From positions 19,025-83,024 of the forward strand of contig NZ_JAUSOO010000037.1 of the NCBI RefSeq assembly GCF_030656115.1: 64,000 nucleotides of DNA. The letters run 5' to 3'. Source of the DNA: Hydrogenophaga sp. GTDB taxonomy: Bacteria > Pseudomonadota > Gammaproteobacteria > Burkholderiales > Burkholderiaceae_C. The notes beneath the pieces were generated by a model that made no database searches, was not told the origin of the DNA, and worked only from the letters and a program-made list of their open reading frames with translations. The position numbers were made by a program, and so were the translations under genes. Of the stretch, positions 1 through 10,378 are shown piece after piece. Within the stretch, counting starts at the first letter, position 1. Every line of letters starts with the position of its first letter.

Positions 1-240
1 ACCAATGGTGTGGTCGGACTGCTGGGCTACGTCGAACCAACGCAGACCCTAGCGATGGTGAACGAAACGGAACGTTGCATGCAGGCGGACGTGCGCTTCA
101 ATCAGGTGGCTGCGCATGACTTGGTCGTCAACTCCATAGGGCCCAACCACCGGCCTCATATGGTTGTCGGACACATCGTCAATGCAGGGCCGAAGGTGTG
201 TATTGCCAACATGCTGCCGATTGAGCTGACGACGTCGTAG
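1..240 (+). CDS. 3' end of a hypothetical protein (partial, runs off the window start)
   Basis: Frame +1 is open from base 1 to TAG at 238-240. No recognisable motif, and the segment looks less GC-biased than the core genes. Confidence 0.35.
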   Translation, partial: TNGVVGLLGYVEPTQTLAMVNETERCMQADVRFNQVAAHDLVVNSIGPNHRPHMVVGHIVNAGPKVCIANMLPIELTTS

Positions 241-653
241 TCACCAGGGCTTCGAAATACCTTTCATTTCGCAACTCGGAGCGCTTGGCCGAAGCGAACC
301 TTCGGTCACCTGTGGGTGGCCGCGAGCTACGGCAACGCGCTGACCGAAACGATCAATGAGCTGTGCAAGGGGCGTAGATTAGCCGCTGGGACCTTGGAAA
401 AAACCAGGGAGTACGTGGAACACAGCGCCCCTGCGATGGGTGCACTGGTTCAAACACTTCGGACTGCTTGGGCCGATTGGTCGAAGGGCCGCAGTGGGTT
501 GAAATTCGCCATTGGTCTACAACCCACTTTGGTCACTGAAAATCCCTCTCGGGTCCAGGCGGTCAAAGCACGCCATCGACGAGGGCGCACATGCAAGCGC
601 TCACCCGCTCCCCTCCGAGTCGGCGGAGGGTTTAAAGGACCATTGGACGCGGG

Positions 654-1192
654 TCACCGCGCCAACCAAGCCCGCCAACTCCCCAACTCCGGGATCTCGG
701 TCCCGCCCTCCACCCCGATCGCCTCGCACACAAACCCGCTCACCCACGCCCCATCGGCCAGCTTTACCTTGCCGATGCCCAGCGGCGCGGGGATGCCGTC
801 GACGAAGCTGCCGAAGTGTTCGGCGGGCAGCTCCCAGACTTCCATGTCAATGGCGGCGCCTCCTTCGGCCACGCGCACCATGCCGGGCCGCTGCACCGGG
901 CCGCCGGCGAGTGCGTAGAACTTGTATTCGGGCGCGGACTTCACCGCGCCGAGCAGACGCGCGCCGCGTTGGGTGAGCTGCCAGTTGAGGGCAGGCCGCT
1001 GAGGTGTGCGCCGCAGACCGCGACCTTGACGGTGCCGGCGGTGTTGCTGCCTTTGGGCAGGACGGCAGTGCCGATGGCCGGGGTGTTGACCAGCGGCGTG
1101 GCCGTGGCGCCCAGTGACAACACCTGCGCGCGGTAGAAGCGGTCGGCCAGGCGCAGCAGGGGCAGGTCCTTGAACGCGGGTGCGGCCAGGGT
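654..1192 (-). pseudogene. Allophanate hydrolase (AtzF-like) C-terminal remnant, 5'-truncated and frameshifted
   Basis: Minus strand reads TLAAPAFKDLPLLRLADRF...VKVAVCGAHLSGLP, then shifts frame near 990 (CTG CCC TC AAC TGG) into LNWQLTQRGARLL...YKFYALAGGPVQRPGMVRV...GFVCE. The N-terminal amidase domain is absent; an in-frame TGA lies just upstream of about 1192. Confidence 0.85.
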
Positions 1193-1460
1193 GGGTCAAA
1201 TGCAGTTGGTCGGGCAGCTTGAAAATTTGCCAAATACCAGCTCGGAAAATCCCGTGTGTCGGTCAAGACACATGCGTCTATTTACCTTGACCGGTAACGA
1301 TAGGCCGGTGGGCCCAATCACAGTAAACCACCTCTGGCTGCATACGTCAGAACCCTGTGAGCAGTCCCGTTGCAAAAACCGCCCGTCACCTTGCAGCAAA
1401 CCCCACGACCATGAAGCGGCCAGCGCAGCGGCGCGAGCGCCAACCGCAGGCGCCCCAGCT

Positions 1461-3131
1461 TCACCCGCCCTGCAGCATCCAGCGCGCTGCTTTCTCCGCC
1501 ACCATCAGCGTGGGGCTGTTGGTGTTGCCGCTGGTGATGGTGGGCATGGCGCCCGCATCCACCACGCGCAAGCCGGCCACGCCGCGCACGCGCAGGTGGC
1601 TGTCCAGCACGGCCAGCGGGTTGTCGGCGCGGCCCATCTGGGTGGTGCCCACGGGGTGGAAGATGGTGCTGGCGATGTCGCCGGCCAGGCGGGCCAGTTC
1701 TTCGTCGGTCTGGAACTGCACGCCGGGCTTGAATTCTTCGGGCCGGTAGCGGGCCAGCGCCGGTTGCGCCACGATGCGCCGGGTGACGCGCAGGCTGTCG
1801 GCGGCCACTTGCCGGTCTTCGGGGGTGCTGAGGTAGTGGGGTGCAATGGCGGGCGCGTCTTGCGGGCGCGGGCTGGTGATGTGCACATGGCCCCGGCTGG
1901 TGGGGTTGAGGTTGCACACGCTGGCGGTGAACGCGGGGAAGCTGTGCAGCGGCTCGCCAAAGGCGTCCAGGCTGAGCGGCTGCACGTGGTATTCGATGTT
2001 GGGCCAGGGCTGGGCCGGGTCGCTGCGGGTGAAGGCGCCGAGCTGGCTGGGCGCCATGCTCATGGGGCCGGTGCGCTTCAGGGCGTATTCGAGCCCAATT
2101 TTGGCCTTGCCCCAGAGCGAGCTGGCCAGGGTGTTGAGCGTGGTGGCGCCCTGCACCTTGAACACGGTGCGGATTTGCAGGTGGTCTTGCAAATTGGCGC
2201 CCACGCCGGGCAGCTCGTGCTGCACCGCAATGCCGTGGCGCTGCAGCAATGCCGCCGGGCCGATGCCCGAGAGCTGCAAAATCTGCGGCGAATTGATGCT
2301 GCCCGCGCTCAACACCACCTCGCGCGCCGCGCGCACGTGCACCACCTGGCCTTCGCGCAGCAGTTCGGCCCCGATGCAACGCAGTTCGCCGCTGGCCGTG
2401 CGTTCCAGCATCAGGCGCTGCACCTGGGTTTGTGTCCACACGGTCAGGTTGCGGCGCCGCTGCGCCGGGCGCAAAAAGGCTTTGGACGCGTTCCAGCGCC
2501 AGCCGGCTTTTTGGTTGACCTCAAAGTAGCCCACGCCTTCGTTGTTGCCGGTGTTGAAGTCGGTGCTGGCGGGTATGCCGGCGTGCTGGGCGGCCTGCGC
2601 AAAGGCGTCGAGCAGGTCCCAGCGCAGGCGCTGTTTTTCAATGCGCCATTCGCCGGTGCTGCCGCGGTTTTTGTGGCCGTGCAGGGCGACAAACGCGGGG
2701 TCGATGGCGGGGTCGTTGTGCAGGTCCAGGCGGTGGTGGTCTTCGTGCGCCATGAAGTCGGGCAAGCAGCGGTCCCAGCGCCAGTCGTCGTCGCCGGTGC
2801 GTTGCGCCCACTGGTCGTAGTCGCGCGCCTGGCCGCGCATGTAGATCATGCCGTTGATGCTGGAGCAGCCGCCCAGGGTTTTGCCGCGCGGGTAGCGCAG
2901 GCGGCGGCCATTGAGCCCGGGGTCGGGCTCGGTTTGGTACAACCAGTCGGTGCGCGGGTTGCCAATGCAATACAGGTAGCCCACGGGAATATGAATCCAG
3001 TGGTAGTCGTCTTTGCGGCCGGCTTCCACCAGCAGCACGCGCATACCCGGGTGGGCGCTGAGCCGGTTGGCCAGCAGGCAACCGGCGGTGCCGGCGCCGA
3101 TGACGATGAAGTCGAAGGTGGTGTCGCTCAT
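1461..3131 (-). CDS. GMC family oxidoreductase (choline dehydrogenase-like)
   Basis: FDFIVIGAGTAG FAD motif, RGKTLGGCSSINGMIY, NLQDHLQ, FHPVGT, GNTNSPT. AGGAG RBS precedes the ATG at 3131. Confidence 0.93.
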   Translation of the reverse strand: MSDTTFDFIVIGAGTAGCLLANRLSAHPGMRVLLVEAGRKDDYHWIHIPVGYLYCIGNPRTDWLYQTEPDPGLNGRRLRYPRGKTLGGCSSINGMIYMRGQARDYDQWAQRTGDDDWRWDRCLPDFMAHEDHHRLDLHNDPAIDPAFVALHGHKNRGSTGEWRIEKQRLRWDLLDAFAQAAQHAGIPASTDFNTGNNEGVGYFEVNQKAGWRWNASKAFLRPAQRRRNLTVWTQTQVQRLMLERTASGELRCIGAELLREGQVVHVRAAREVVLSAGSINSPQILQLSGIGPAALLQRHGIAVQHELPGVGANLQDHLQIRTVFKVQGATTLNTLASSLWGKAKIGLEYALKRTGPMSMAPSQLGAFTRSDPAQPWPNIEYHVQPLSLDAFGEPLHSFPAFTASVCNLNPTSRGHVHITSPRPQDAPAIAPHYLSTPEDRQVAADSLRVTRRIVAQPALARYRPEEFKPGVQFQTDEELARLAGDIASTIFHPVGTTQMGRADNPLAVLDSHLRVRGVAGLRVVDAGAMPTITSGNTNSPTLMVAEKAARWMLQGG

Positions 3132-3165
3132 GGGCGTGCTCCTGTTCGGTGGATCTGCGGATACA

Positions 3166-3456
3166 TCAAGGATCAAGGGGTGGGGGTTCGTCATCGGGCA
3201 AGGCGAAGTCGCCACGGTGGTAGGCCGCCACCACCGCTTCGGCCTCGGCCAGGCGGTGCGCGGGCACCATCACGCGCACCGGGATGGCGCTGGCCAGCAG
3301 CGAGTGGGTTTGCACCAGATGGGCGTCGGCCACCACCGCCGGCACGCCGCCGGCTTGCAGGCAGCCGCGCAGCACATAGGCTTCGGTGGGGCTGAAAAAG
3401 GTCACCAGCGTCTGCCAGTCGCCTTGGTCCGGGTCGTAGGGGCTGTCGCCGTGCAT
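3166..3456 (-). CDS. DUF2007-like small protein
   Basis: WQTLVTFFSPTEAYVLRGCLQAGGVPAVVAD...VRVMVP...AEAEAVV pattern; GGAG RBS before the ATG at 3456. Confidence 0.7.
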   Translation of the reverse strand: MHGDSPYDPDQGDWQTLVTFFSPTEAYVLRGCLQAGGVPAVVADAHLVQTHSLLASAIPVRVMVPAHRLAEAEAVVAAYHRGDFALPDDEPPPLDP

Positions 3457-3576
3457 GGGTCTCCGATCGTTATTTGTCTGCCTCATGGTCTTGCGCCATT
3501 GACGGGTGCAGTGTGAAAGAGTTTTAACCAAAAATCCAATGAGATCGGACCGCGCTCGGCATAAGCCGGGCAAATA

Positions 3577-4539
3577 ATGGCCGCCATGACGAAGCCCGAA
3601 TCCCAGCGCCCCCACCCGCCCAGGCAAGCCACACGAAGCGCTGCCCTGCCCACGGTGGAGCCGCAAACCCTGCGCGCCTTTGCCGCCGTGGCGCGCGAAG
3701 GTCATGTGTCGCGCGCCGCCCAGCGCCTGCACCTGAGCCAGCCGGCGGTGAGTCTGCAGCTCAAAACCCTGGCCGAGGCCACCGGGCTGCAGCTGTTTGC
3801 CCGCACGCCACAGGGCATGGCACTCACCCGCGACGGCGCCGCCCTGCTGCCGCTGGCCGACAAGGCGCTGGCCGACTTTGGCCAGGCCGCTGCCGCGCTG
3901 CACACCACGGTGCGCGGCACGCTGCGCATCGGCACCATTCTCGACCCCGAGTTCACCCGCCTGGGCGCTTTTTTGAAGCAGCTGGTGGAAACCAGTCCGC
4001 AGGTGGGCACCGAGCTGAGCCAGAGCATGAGCGGCGATGTGCTGGCGCGCCTGGGGCGGCGCGAACTGGACGTGGGCTTTTTTCTGGATCTGCCGCACGA
4101 CCCGCTGGACGCCACCTACCGCCTGCGCCCGCTCACCCGCTTCACCTACTGCGTGCTGGCCCCGGCGGGTTGGGGGCCGCAGGTGCGCGGCAAAGACTGG
4201 AAGGCGCTCGCCGCCCTGCCCTGGCTGGCCACCCCGCCCGCCAGCGCGCACCACCGGCTGCAGCGCCGCGTGTTCGGCCCCGGCTCCCTCACCGGGCTGG
4301 AGCCCCGGCGCGTGGCGCTGGTGGACCAGGAAGCTTCGATGCTGGACCTGGTGAAAAGCGGGGTGGGCCTGAGCCTGGTGCGCGACTCGATTGCCATGCG
4401 CGAAGCGCAGGCGCGCGGCCTGGTGGTGGCCGACCAGGTGGCGCTGGAATGTGACCTGAGCTTCATCTGCCTGGCCGAGCGTGCCGGCGAACCGGTGCTG
4501 GCCAGCGCCTGGGCCGCGCTGGAAGCGGTGTGGGGCTGA
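3577..4539 (+). CDS. LysR family transcriptional regulator
   Basis: N-terminal HTH LRAFAAVAREGHVSRAAQRLHLSQPAVSLQLKTL plus substrate-binding domain; divergent from the GMC/DUF2007 genes. Confidence 0.93.
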   Translation: MAAMTKPESQRPHPPRQATRSAALPTVEPQTLRAFAAVAREGHVSRAAQRLHLSQPAVSLQLKTLAEATGLQLFARTPQGMALTRDGAALLPLADKALADFGQAAAALHTTVRGTLRIGTILDPEFTRLGAFLKQLVETSPQVGTELSQSMSGDVLARLGRRELDVGFFLDLPHDPLDATYRLRPLTRFTYCVLAPAGWGPQVRGKDWKALAALPWLATPPASAHHRLQRRVFGPGSLTGLEPRRVALVDQEASMLDLVKSGVGLSLVRDSIAMREAQARGLVVADQVALECDLSFICLAERAGEPVLASAWAALEAVWG

Positions 4540-4583
4540 GGAACTTCGATATCCAGACGGTGGTTCTGCTGGGCAGGCCCACC

Positions 4584-6224
4584 TTACCCGGCGCGCTCTT
4601 TCTCAGCGTTTTCTGGCGGCGACTGCCGGACCCACACCACCCGGTTGCGACCGCCTTGTTTGGCGGCGTACAAAGCCGCATCGGCGCAGGCCAGCATCGC
4701 GTCTACCCCATGCACAGAGCCCGCCTGCGATGGAACACCACCGATGCTCACCGTGATGGCGATGCGGGTGGTGCCGAACAGGGCGGGCGAGGCTTCCACC
4801 GCAGCGCGCAGGCGTTCTGCCATCATCGCGCCGCCGTCTTCCGACGTTTGTGGCAGCAAGATGGAGAACTCCTCGCCACCCAAACGGCCCAGCAGATCGG
4901 TACCGCGCAGATGGCTCTGGATGGTGGCCACAAAGTGCCTGAGCACCTCGTCACCGGCGGCATGGCCGTAGGTGTCGTTGACCCGCTTGAAGTGGTCAAT
5001 GTCCGCGCTCAGTACACAGAAATCCACCCCATAGCGGCTGGATCGGTGGAACTCCTGGTTCAGCGCGTGCATGAAATGGCGCCGGTTGGCGCAACCGGTC
5101 AAGGCATCGGTGTTGGCCTGGTGGGCAAGAACCTGGTTGAGGGTCTGCAGGGCAATCTGCTGTTGCTGCGTGGTGATCACGTACTGCGCTGCACCGGCGG
5201 CCAGGGCTGCGCTGAGCCACACCATCGCGCCGACCAGGCCAAACCACCACAGCTGATCGCGCTCGCTGCGGGCCAACAAGGCACCCAGGTCTCGCAGCAC
5301 GTAAACACGCAGGGCGCCGTCGCTGGTGGGGTGGTTTCCCATGACGTGTGGCCGCCCGAGGTAGTGCCATTGGGCCCGCGACGGCGACCCGTCCGCCGCT
5401 GTGGGGATCAGGTCCACGGCCTCGAACTGTTGGCGCCTGTAGCGCAGATCCCGCTTCCCGGCCGGAAGGGCGCCGACGGTGGCGCCCGGCATGGTTCGCA
5501 TCAGGAGCGCAGGGTCATGGGCCAGCACGACCACGCCCAGGTCGTCCGTGACCACGGCGTTCAGTTCCTTAATATCAATGACAGGGCTGAGTTTGGACAC
5601 GGCAAGCCCCGCACCGACGATGCCGACAAACTGGCCATCAACCAACACCGGGGAGGAAAAAAACAAGCCATACAGGTTGCTCACCCGCCCCACCGCAAAT
5701 TGGTGCCCGTCCAGGCCCTGCTGAGCGGCTTTGAAATAGGCACGGTCTGCGTAGTTGGTTCCTGTGAAGGGGTGAATATCCGGGATGTGGCCTTCCATCA
5801 CGGTATCGCCAGCGGCGTTGGTGACCCACAGCATGGTGAGGCCAAACTTTTCCACCGTCTGCGCCAAGCCCCGGGCCAAGGGCTGAAGCACCGGATCTGC
5901 GCGCCACCGGTCACCGCGTTCTTGCAACGGCAAAGGGGATGGCTGGACGTGGGGACCGAACCGACCCAACACGGCCTGAATGGTTTGGTACTGGGCCAGC
6001 GTCGAGGCGATGCTGCGCGCCTGCACCAACCGCTGGCTCAGGTTGGCGCTGGCGAGCTCCGCCTTTGCCTGGGCCTGCGCTTGCTCCCGTTCAATGAGCT
6101 GCGCCAGACGCGCCTCGGCAAACTGCACCGAACCCACCCAGGCCAGAGCGCAAGCGGCCATGCTGCCCACCAGCAGCAGCCACAGAATCGGGCGGATCCC
6201 AAAGCGAATGATCAGAGGCGTCAT
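4584..6224 (-). CDS. Membrane-anchored diguanylate cyclase (Cache-like sensor plus GGDEF)
   Basis: Two hydrophobic segments flank a Cache-like domain (YADRAYFKAA); DALTGCANRR, DIDHFKRVNDTYGH, GRLGGEEF. Confidence 0.92.
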   Translation of the reverse strand: MTPLIIRFGIRPILWLLLVGSMAACALAWVGSVQFAEARLAQLIEREQAQAQAKAELASANLSQRLVQARSIASTLAQYQTIQAVLGRFGPHVQPSPLPLQERGDRWRADPVLQPLARGLAQTVEKFGLTMLWVTNAAGDTVMEGHIPDIHPFTGTNYADRAYFKAAQQGLDGHQFAVGRVSNLYGLFFSSPVLVDGQFVGIVGAGLAVSKLSPVIDIKELNAVVTDDLGVVVLAHDPALLMRTMPGATVGALPAGKRDLRYRRQQFEAVDLIPTAADGSPSRAQWHYLGRPHVMGNHPTSDGALRVYVLRDLGALLARSERDQLWWFGLVGAMVWLSAALAAGAAQYVITTQQQQIALQTLNQVLAHQANTDALTGCANRRHFMHALNQEFHRSSRYGVDFCVLSADIDHFKRVNDTYGHAAGDEVLRHFVATIQSHLRGTDLLGRLGGEEFSILLPQTSEDGGAMMAERLRAAVEASPALFGTTRIAITVSIGGVPSQAGSVHGVDAMLACADAALYAAKQGGRNRVVWVRQSPPENAEKERAG

Positions 6225-6650
6225 GTGGCAGCCGGTGGGAACGCTGCGCGCGCCACGCAGCGTTCAAAGGCAGACAAGTCTGGGGCACACGTGCACCGTG
6301 TGGCTCGGTTGTTTTGCTGCACAGATTCACGCTGCAGAGTAATGAAATGATATTACAGCGGACGGCGGTCTTGTTCCGGTGCCCGGCTACCGCCTTCACC
6401 TCCGCGCCTTCACCACCGCCCCTTCACCCGTTCTCAGCCTCTCAGGCCAGCGCCATGGGTTCGCTGGCAGACGCCGATGAGGTGGTGGCCACGCTGCGGG
6501 TGGTGGCTGTGTGTGATCCGCATCGCACCGGTGCTGGTGGACGGGGCGCTCGGTGGGCGACGTGGTACACCACGCCAGCACATGATGGCAGGCACACAAG
6601 AAAACCACCGGGCGCGCGGCCTGGTGCTCCCCTGGTGCCTGGCGGTCCGA

Positions 6651-7604
<954 letters not shown>

Positions 7605-7657
7605 GGGACGTTTCTTTCAGAAGAGGGGGCTGGGCGGTGTGGCGGGTGAACGGCCCT

Positions 7658-8080
7658 TCACTGGGCGGCGCGTTCCATTTCCTGGCGCAGCACCCGGTTG
7701 CCTTCGCGCAGCTCGGTGGCGGCTTGGGCGGCCTGCGCGTTGCGGGCCTTGGCTTCGGCCAGACGGGCATCGACCAGGGCGGCCTCGGCCAGCATCTGGG
7801 CACGTTCGTATTTTTCTTCCACCATGGAGGCGTTGGCGCGGGCCAGCTTGTCGCGGGCCAGGGCCATTTCGGCGGGTGCCAGCGCCACGGCGCCGGCCCG
7901 TTCGGCGCTGGCCACGGCGGCGGTGGTGACCGCCATTTGTTCGGTGGGCGCGGGCAGGCTGGCACAACCCATTTGCAGCGCTGCGGCCACCAGCACCACC
8001 AGGGACAACCCCGGCAGGGTGTGGCGGGCGGCAGCGGGCAGCGTGGCAGGGCGGGCGGCGGGCTTGAAAGAGGCGTTCAT
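7658..8080 (-). CDS. DUF4398-family lipoprotein
   Basis: LQMGC lipobox-like motif; ELARDKLARA...AEAALVDARLAEAKA helical pattern; usual partner of the downstream OmpA. Confidence 0.8.
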   Translation of the reverse strand: MNASFKPAARPATLPAAARHTLPGLSLVVLVAAALQMGCASLPAPTEQMAVTTAAVASAERAGAVALAPAEMALARDKLARANASMVEEKYERAQMLAEAALVDARLAEAKARNAQAAQAATELREGNRVLRQEMERAAQ

Positions 8081-8161
8081 CGTGGGGGCTCCGTGGCCAT
8101 CAATAAGGGGGATGGGTTTCGGTTGCGGATGGCCCGCAGCGTCAAGGAAACCCACCCGCGG

Positions 8162-8204
8162 AGCTTGCGCGCTTGCGGCCTGGGCGTCGGTGCTCTGGCG
8201 CACA
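8162..8204 (-). promoter_or_regulatory. Putative Crp/Fnr box and promoter for DUF4398-ompA
   Basis: Minus strand TGTGCGCCAGAGCACC-GACGC (8204-8184); weak -10-like CAAGCT 17 nt later. Confidence 0.6.
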
Positions 8205-8305
8205 TAGAGCGCCTGTCGGGCCGGACAATCGTTGGCGGCACAGCGGTTGCACGGGCGCGCGGTCCGGCACGCCCTGCGGTGGTTCGGGCCGTGGGCGGGT
8301 GGGGT

Positions 8306-8866
8306 TCAGCCCCGCAGCCAGCGGCTGGCCGCGGTCCGGAACACGCCGTCCCAGACCCGGGTGGTCACGCCGTAGCCGCTCACGGGGTACACATGGTGGT
8401 GCTGGGCGTGCCAGCGTTTGCGCTGGCGCAGCCAGGCGGTGTCCAGCGTCCAGTGGTGGATGGCGTGGTGCACCGTGGAATACAACAGGTAGCCCACCAG
8501 CAGCCCCAGCGTGAACGCGGCCGCCGGCCACGGGCCCAGTGCCCAGCGAGCGGGCAGGTACACCCCGCACAGGAAGAGCGTGGCGCTCACCAGCGTGGGC
8601 GTGCTGATCAGGGCCTCGGGGCGGCGGTGGTGCTCCTGGTGCCAGCGGTTGAAGGGCGGCAGCCCGTGCAGCACAAAGCGGTGCAGCGCGTATTCAAGCG
8701 CCGTCCAGGCCAGCAGCCCCCACAGCGCCCAGGCCGCCAACGGCCCCCAGGCGCCCACCGGCGCCCGCACCCCCAGGTAGGCCAGCAACGCCAGGCAGGC
8801 GGCGCCGTAGAGCACAAAGTCCAGGACATAGGCCAACGGGCTGTGCTCGGTGTTCAACAGTTTCAT
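8306..8866 (-). CDS. Sterol desaturase / fatty acid hydroxylase family protein
   Basis: His boxes EYALHRFVLH, HQEHH, HHAIHH, HAQHHH plus transmembrane segments. Confidence 0.88.
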   Translation of the reverse strand: MKLLNTEHSPLAYVLDFVLYGAACLALLAYLGVRAPVGAWGPLAAWALWGLLAWTALEYALHRFVLHGLPPFNRWHQEHHRRPEALISTPTLVSATLFLCGVYLPARWALGPWPAAAFTLGLLVGYLLYSTVHHAIHHWTLDTAWLRQRKRWHAQHHHVYPVSGYGVTTRVWDGVFRTAASRWLRG

Positions 8867-8959
8867 ACGCTCCCTTGAATGGGCCGGGCCAGCCGCCCCA
8901 AGCGGCCAACGGGTACGCCCGGTCTGCCCAACGACCCATCGTGACGGGTGGTGTTGCCA

Positions 8960-8980
8960 GGGTCTGTGCGCTGGCCCACG
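8960..8980 (-). promoter_or_regulatory. Putative Crp/Fnr box facing the desaturase gene
   Basis: Plus strand GGGTC-TGTGCGCTGGCCCACG; the -10 match at the expected spacing is weak (CACGAT). Confidence 0.5.
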
Positions 8981-8985
8981 GTGCG

Positions 8986-9028
8986 CGTTCGATAGCGCAC
9001 AGACGCCCGACAGGGCTTGGCCTACAAA
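8986..9028 (+). promoter_or_regulatory. Putative Crp/Fnr box and class II promoter for csbD
   Basis: CGTTCGATAGCGCACA (8986-9001), GACGC, then TACAAA at 9023-9028. Confidence 0.7.
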
Positions 9029-9073
9029 GGGCTGTGGCGGGCGTTTTCTGCCCACCCCAACCAAAGGATTCAC

Positions 9074-9289
9074 ATGAACTGGGACACCATTCAAGGCAAC
9101 TGGAAGCAACTGACCGGCCAGGCCAAGCAGCAGTGGGGCAAGCTGACCGACGACGACCTGGAAGTGGTGGCGGGCCACCGCGAACAGCTCGCCGGCAAGA
9201 TCCAGGAGCGCTACGGCATTGCCAAAGACGAAGCCGAGAAGCAGCTCAAGGCGTGGGAAGACCGCGCCGACGACAGCTGGCTGAAATAA
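9074..9289 (+). CDS. CsbD/YjbJ family stress protein
   Basis: MNWDTIQGNWKQLTGQAKQQWGKLTDDDL...LAGKIQERYGIAKDEAEKQ; AAGGA RBS. Confidence 0.93.
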   Translation: MNWDTIQGNWKQLTGQAKQQWGKLTDDDLEVVAGHREQLAGKIQERYGIAKDEAEKQLKAWEDRADDSWLK

Positions 9290-9392
9290 GCCACCGTTCG
9301 ACCGCTGAAGACGGCAAGGCCCTGGGTGGGCAACCCCCCAGGGCCTTGCCATGTGGGTCGGGTGCGTCGCGGCGCTGGGCCGATCAGAACGT

Positions 9393-9422
9393 TCTCAGCC
9401 TCTCAGCCTCTCAACCTCTCAG
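9393..9422. repeat. 8-bp tandem repeat (TCTCAGCC) overlapping a stop codon
   Basis: TCTCAGCC TCTCAGCC TCTCAACC TCTCAG; related copies at 6432-6445, 11584-11598 and 23743-23766. Confidence 0.8.
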
Positions 9423-10120
9423 TGCCGGTGCGCCGTCAATTCGGCGTGAATCTGTTTGTCCGCCACGTAGCAGCTGCAGGCCTCGGCCTCCAGGGCGGTG
9501 CGGTTGAGCACCGTCACCTCACCGCGGTGGTATTCGATCAGGCCGCTGTCCTGAAACCCGCCGGCCGCCATGGTGATGCCCACGCGGCGCACCCCCAGCA
9601 TCAGCGCGATGAACTCCTGGGTGACGTGGAAGGTGTCGGACTGCGCGCGGTCCTGGCTCATGAGCAGCCAGCGCGCCAGGCGCGGGCCGATCGGGTGAAA
9701 GCGCTCGCACGCCGACGCCAGCGCTTGCTGGTGCAAGCGCACCAGCAAGCTGGCCTGCACCACGTCCAGCAACGCGGGCATGTCCGCCAGACTGTTGCGC
9801 AGCGCCTCGGCACCGATGCGCCAGCCGCTGCCCGCCCCCTGCACCAGCGCCCGCCAGGGCGTTTTGGCCAGCCCCAGCACCAACTCGGAACCCAGCATCG
9901 ACTCGCGCCCGACCATGCCCACCTCCAGCGGCGGGTGGCTGTCCACATCGATCACCAGCGAAATAAAGCCCGTGCGGGGAAAGCAGGCGTGGGTCAGCGG
10001 CTGGCCGCGCACGCTGAGTTCGGCGGACAGCACCAGGTCAAAGGGTTCGCAGCGGTCCAGAAAACGGCGGCGCACCTCCACGGGCAGCTGCTGGATGAGG
10101 CGGTTTTCGGCGGAAGCCAT
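9419..10120 (-). CDS. Crp/Fnr family transcriptional regulator (paralog 1)
   Basis: cNMP-binding-like domain (FPRTGFISL, EVGMVGRESMLG) and HTH VTQEFIALMLGVRRVGIT; C-terminal ACSCY. Confidence 0.9.
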   Translation of the reverse strand: MASAENRLIQQLPVEVRRRFLDRCEPFDLVLSAELSVRGQPLTHACFPRTGFISLVIDVDSHPPLEVGMVGRESMLGSELVLGLAKTPWRALVQGAGSGWRIGAEALRNSLADMPALLDVVQASLLVRLHQQALASACERFHPIGPRLARWLLMSQDRAQSDTFHVTQEFIALMLGVRRVGITMAAGGFQDSGLIEYHRGEVTVLNRTALEAEACSCYVADKQIHAELTAHRH

Positions 10121-10280
10121 GTGGGGGTGTCTCGGTGAATACGAAGGGCCAAGAACTCCACAGCACCCAGACCGAAGCGGGCCACAGGCGCCATAGAGGC
10201 TGAAAAACATGATGGCCTGTTTGGGTCTGCCCGACCGTCTGCCAGCGCACATGGGGAGCGGCTGCAGCCTGAGCGCCACA

Positions 10281-10323
10281 TGTTCGTCAGCGCACGGACG
10301 CCTGCATGCCTCAGGCCTAAAAC
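10281..10323 (+). promoter_or_regulatory. Putative Crp/Fnr box and class II promoter for ompA
   Basis: TGTTCGTCAGCGCACG (10281-10296), GACGC, then TAAAAC at 10318-10323; same spacing as the csbD promoter. Confidence 0.7.
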
Positions 10324-10378
10324 CCATAGGTGCATTTCGCGCAAAGCGTCTCCCCCTCAGAAAACCCGAAAGACCGTC

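Noticed and set aside
6442-6597. Small minus-strand ORF ending at the 6442 TGA repeat
   Set aside because: About 51 codons from a GTG, no RBS or motif; not supportable without homology evidence.
10236-10251. Possible tenth Crp box upstream of crp paralog 1 (CGTCTGCCAGCGCACA)
   Set aside because: Three mismatches in one arm, no GACGC flank and no -10 at the conserved spacing.
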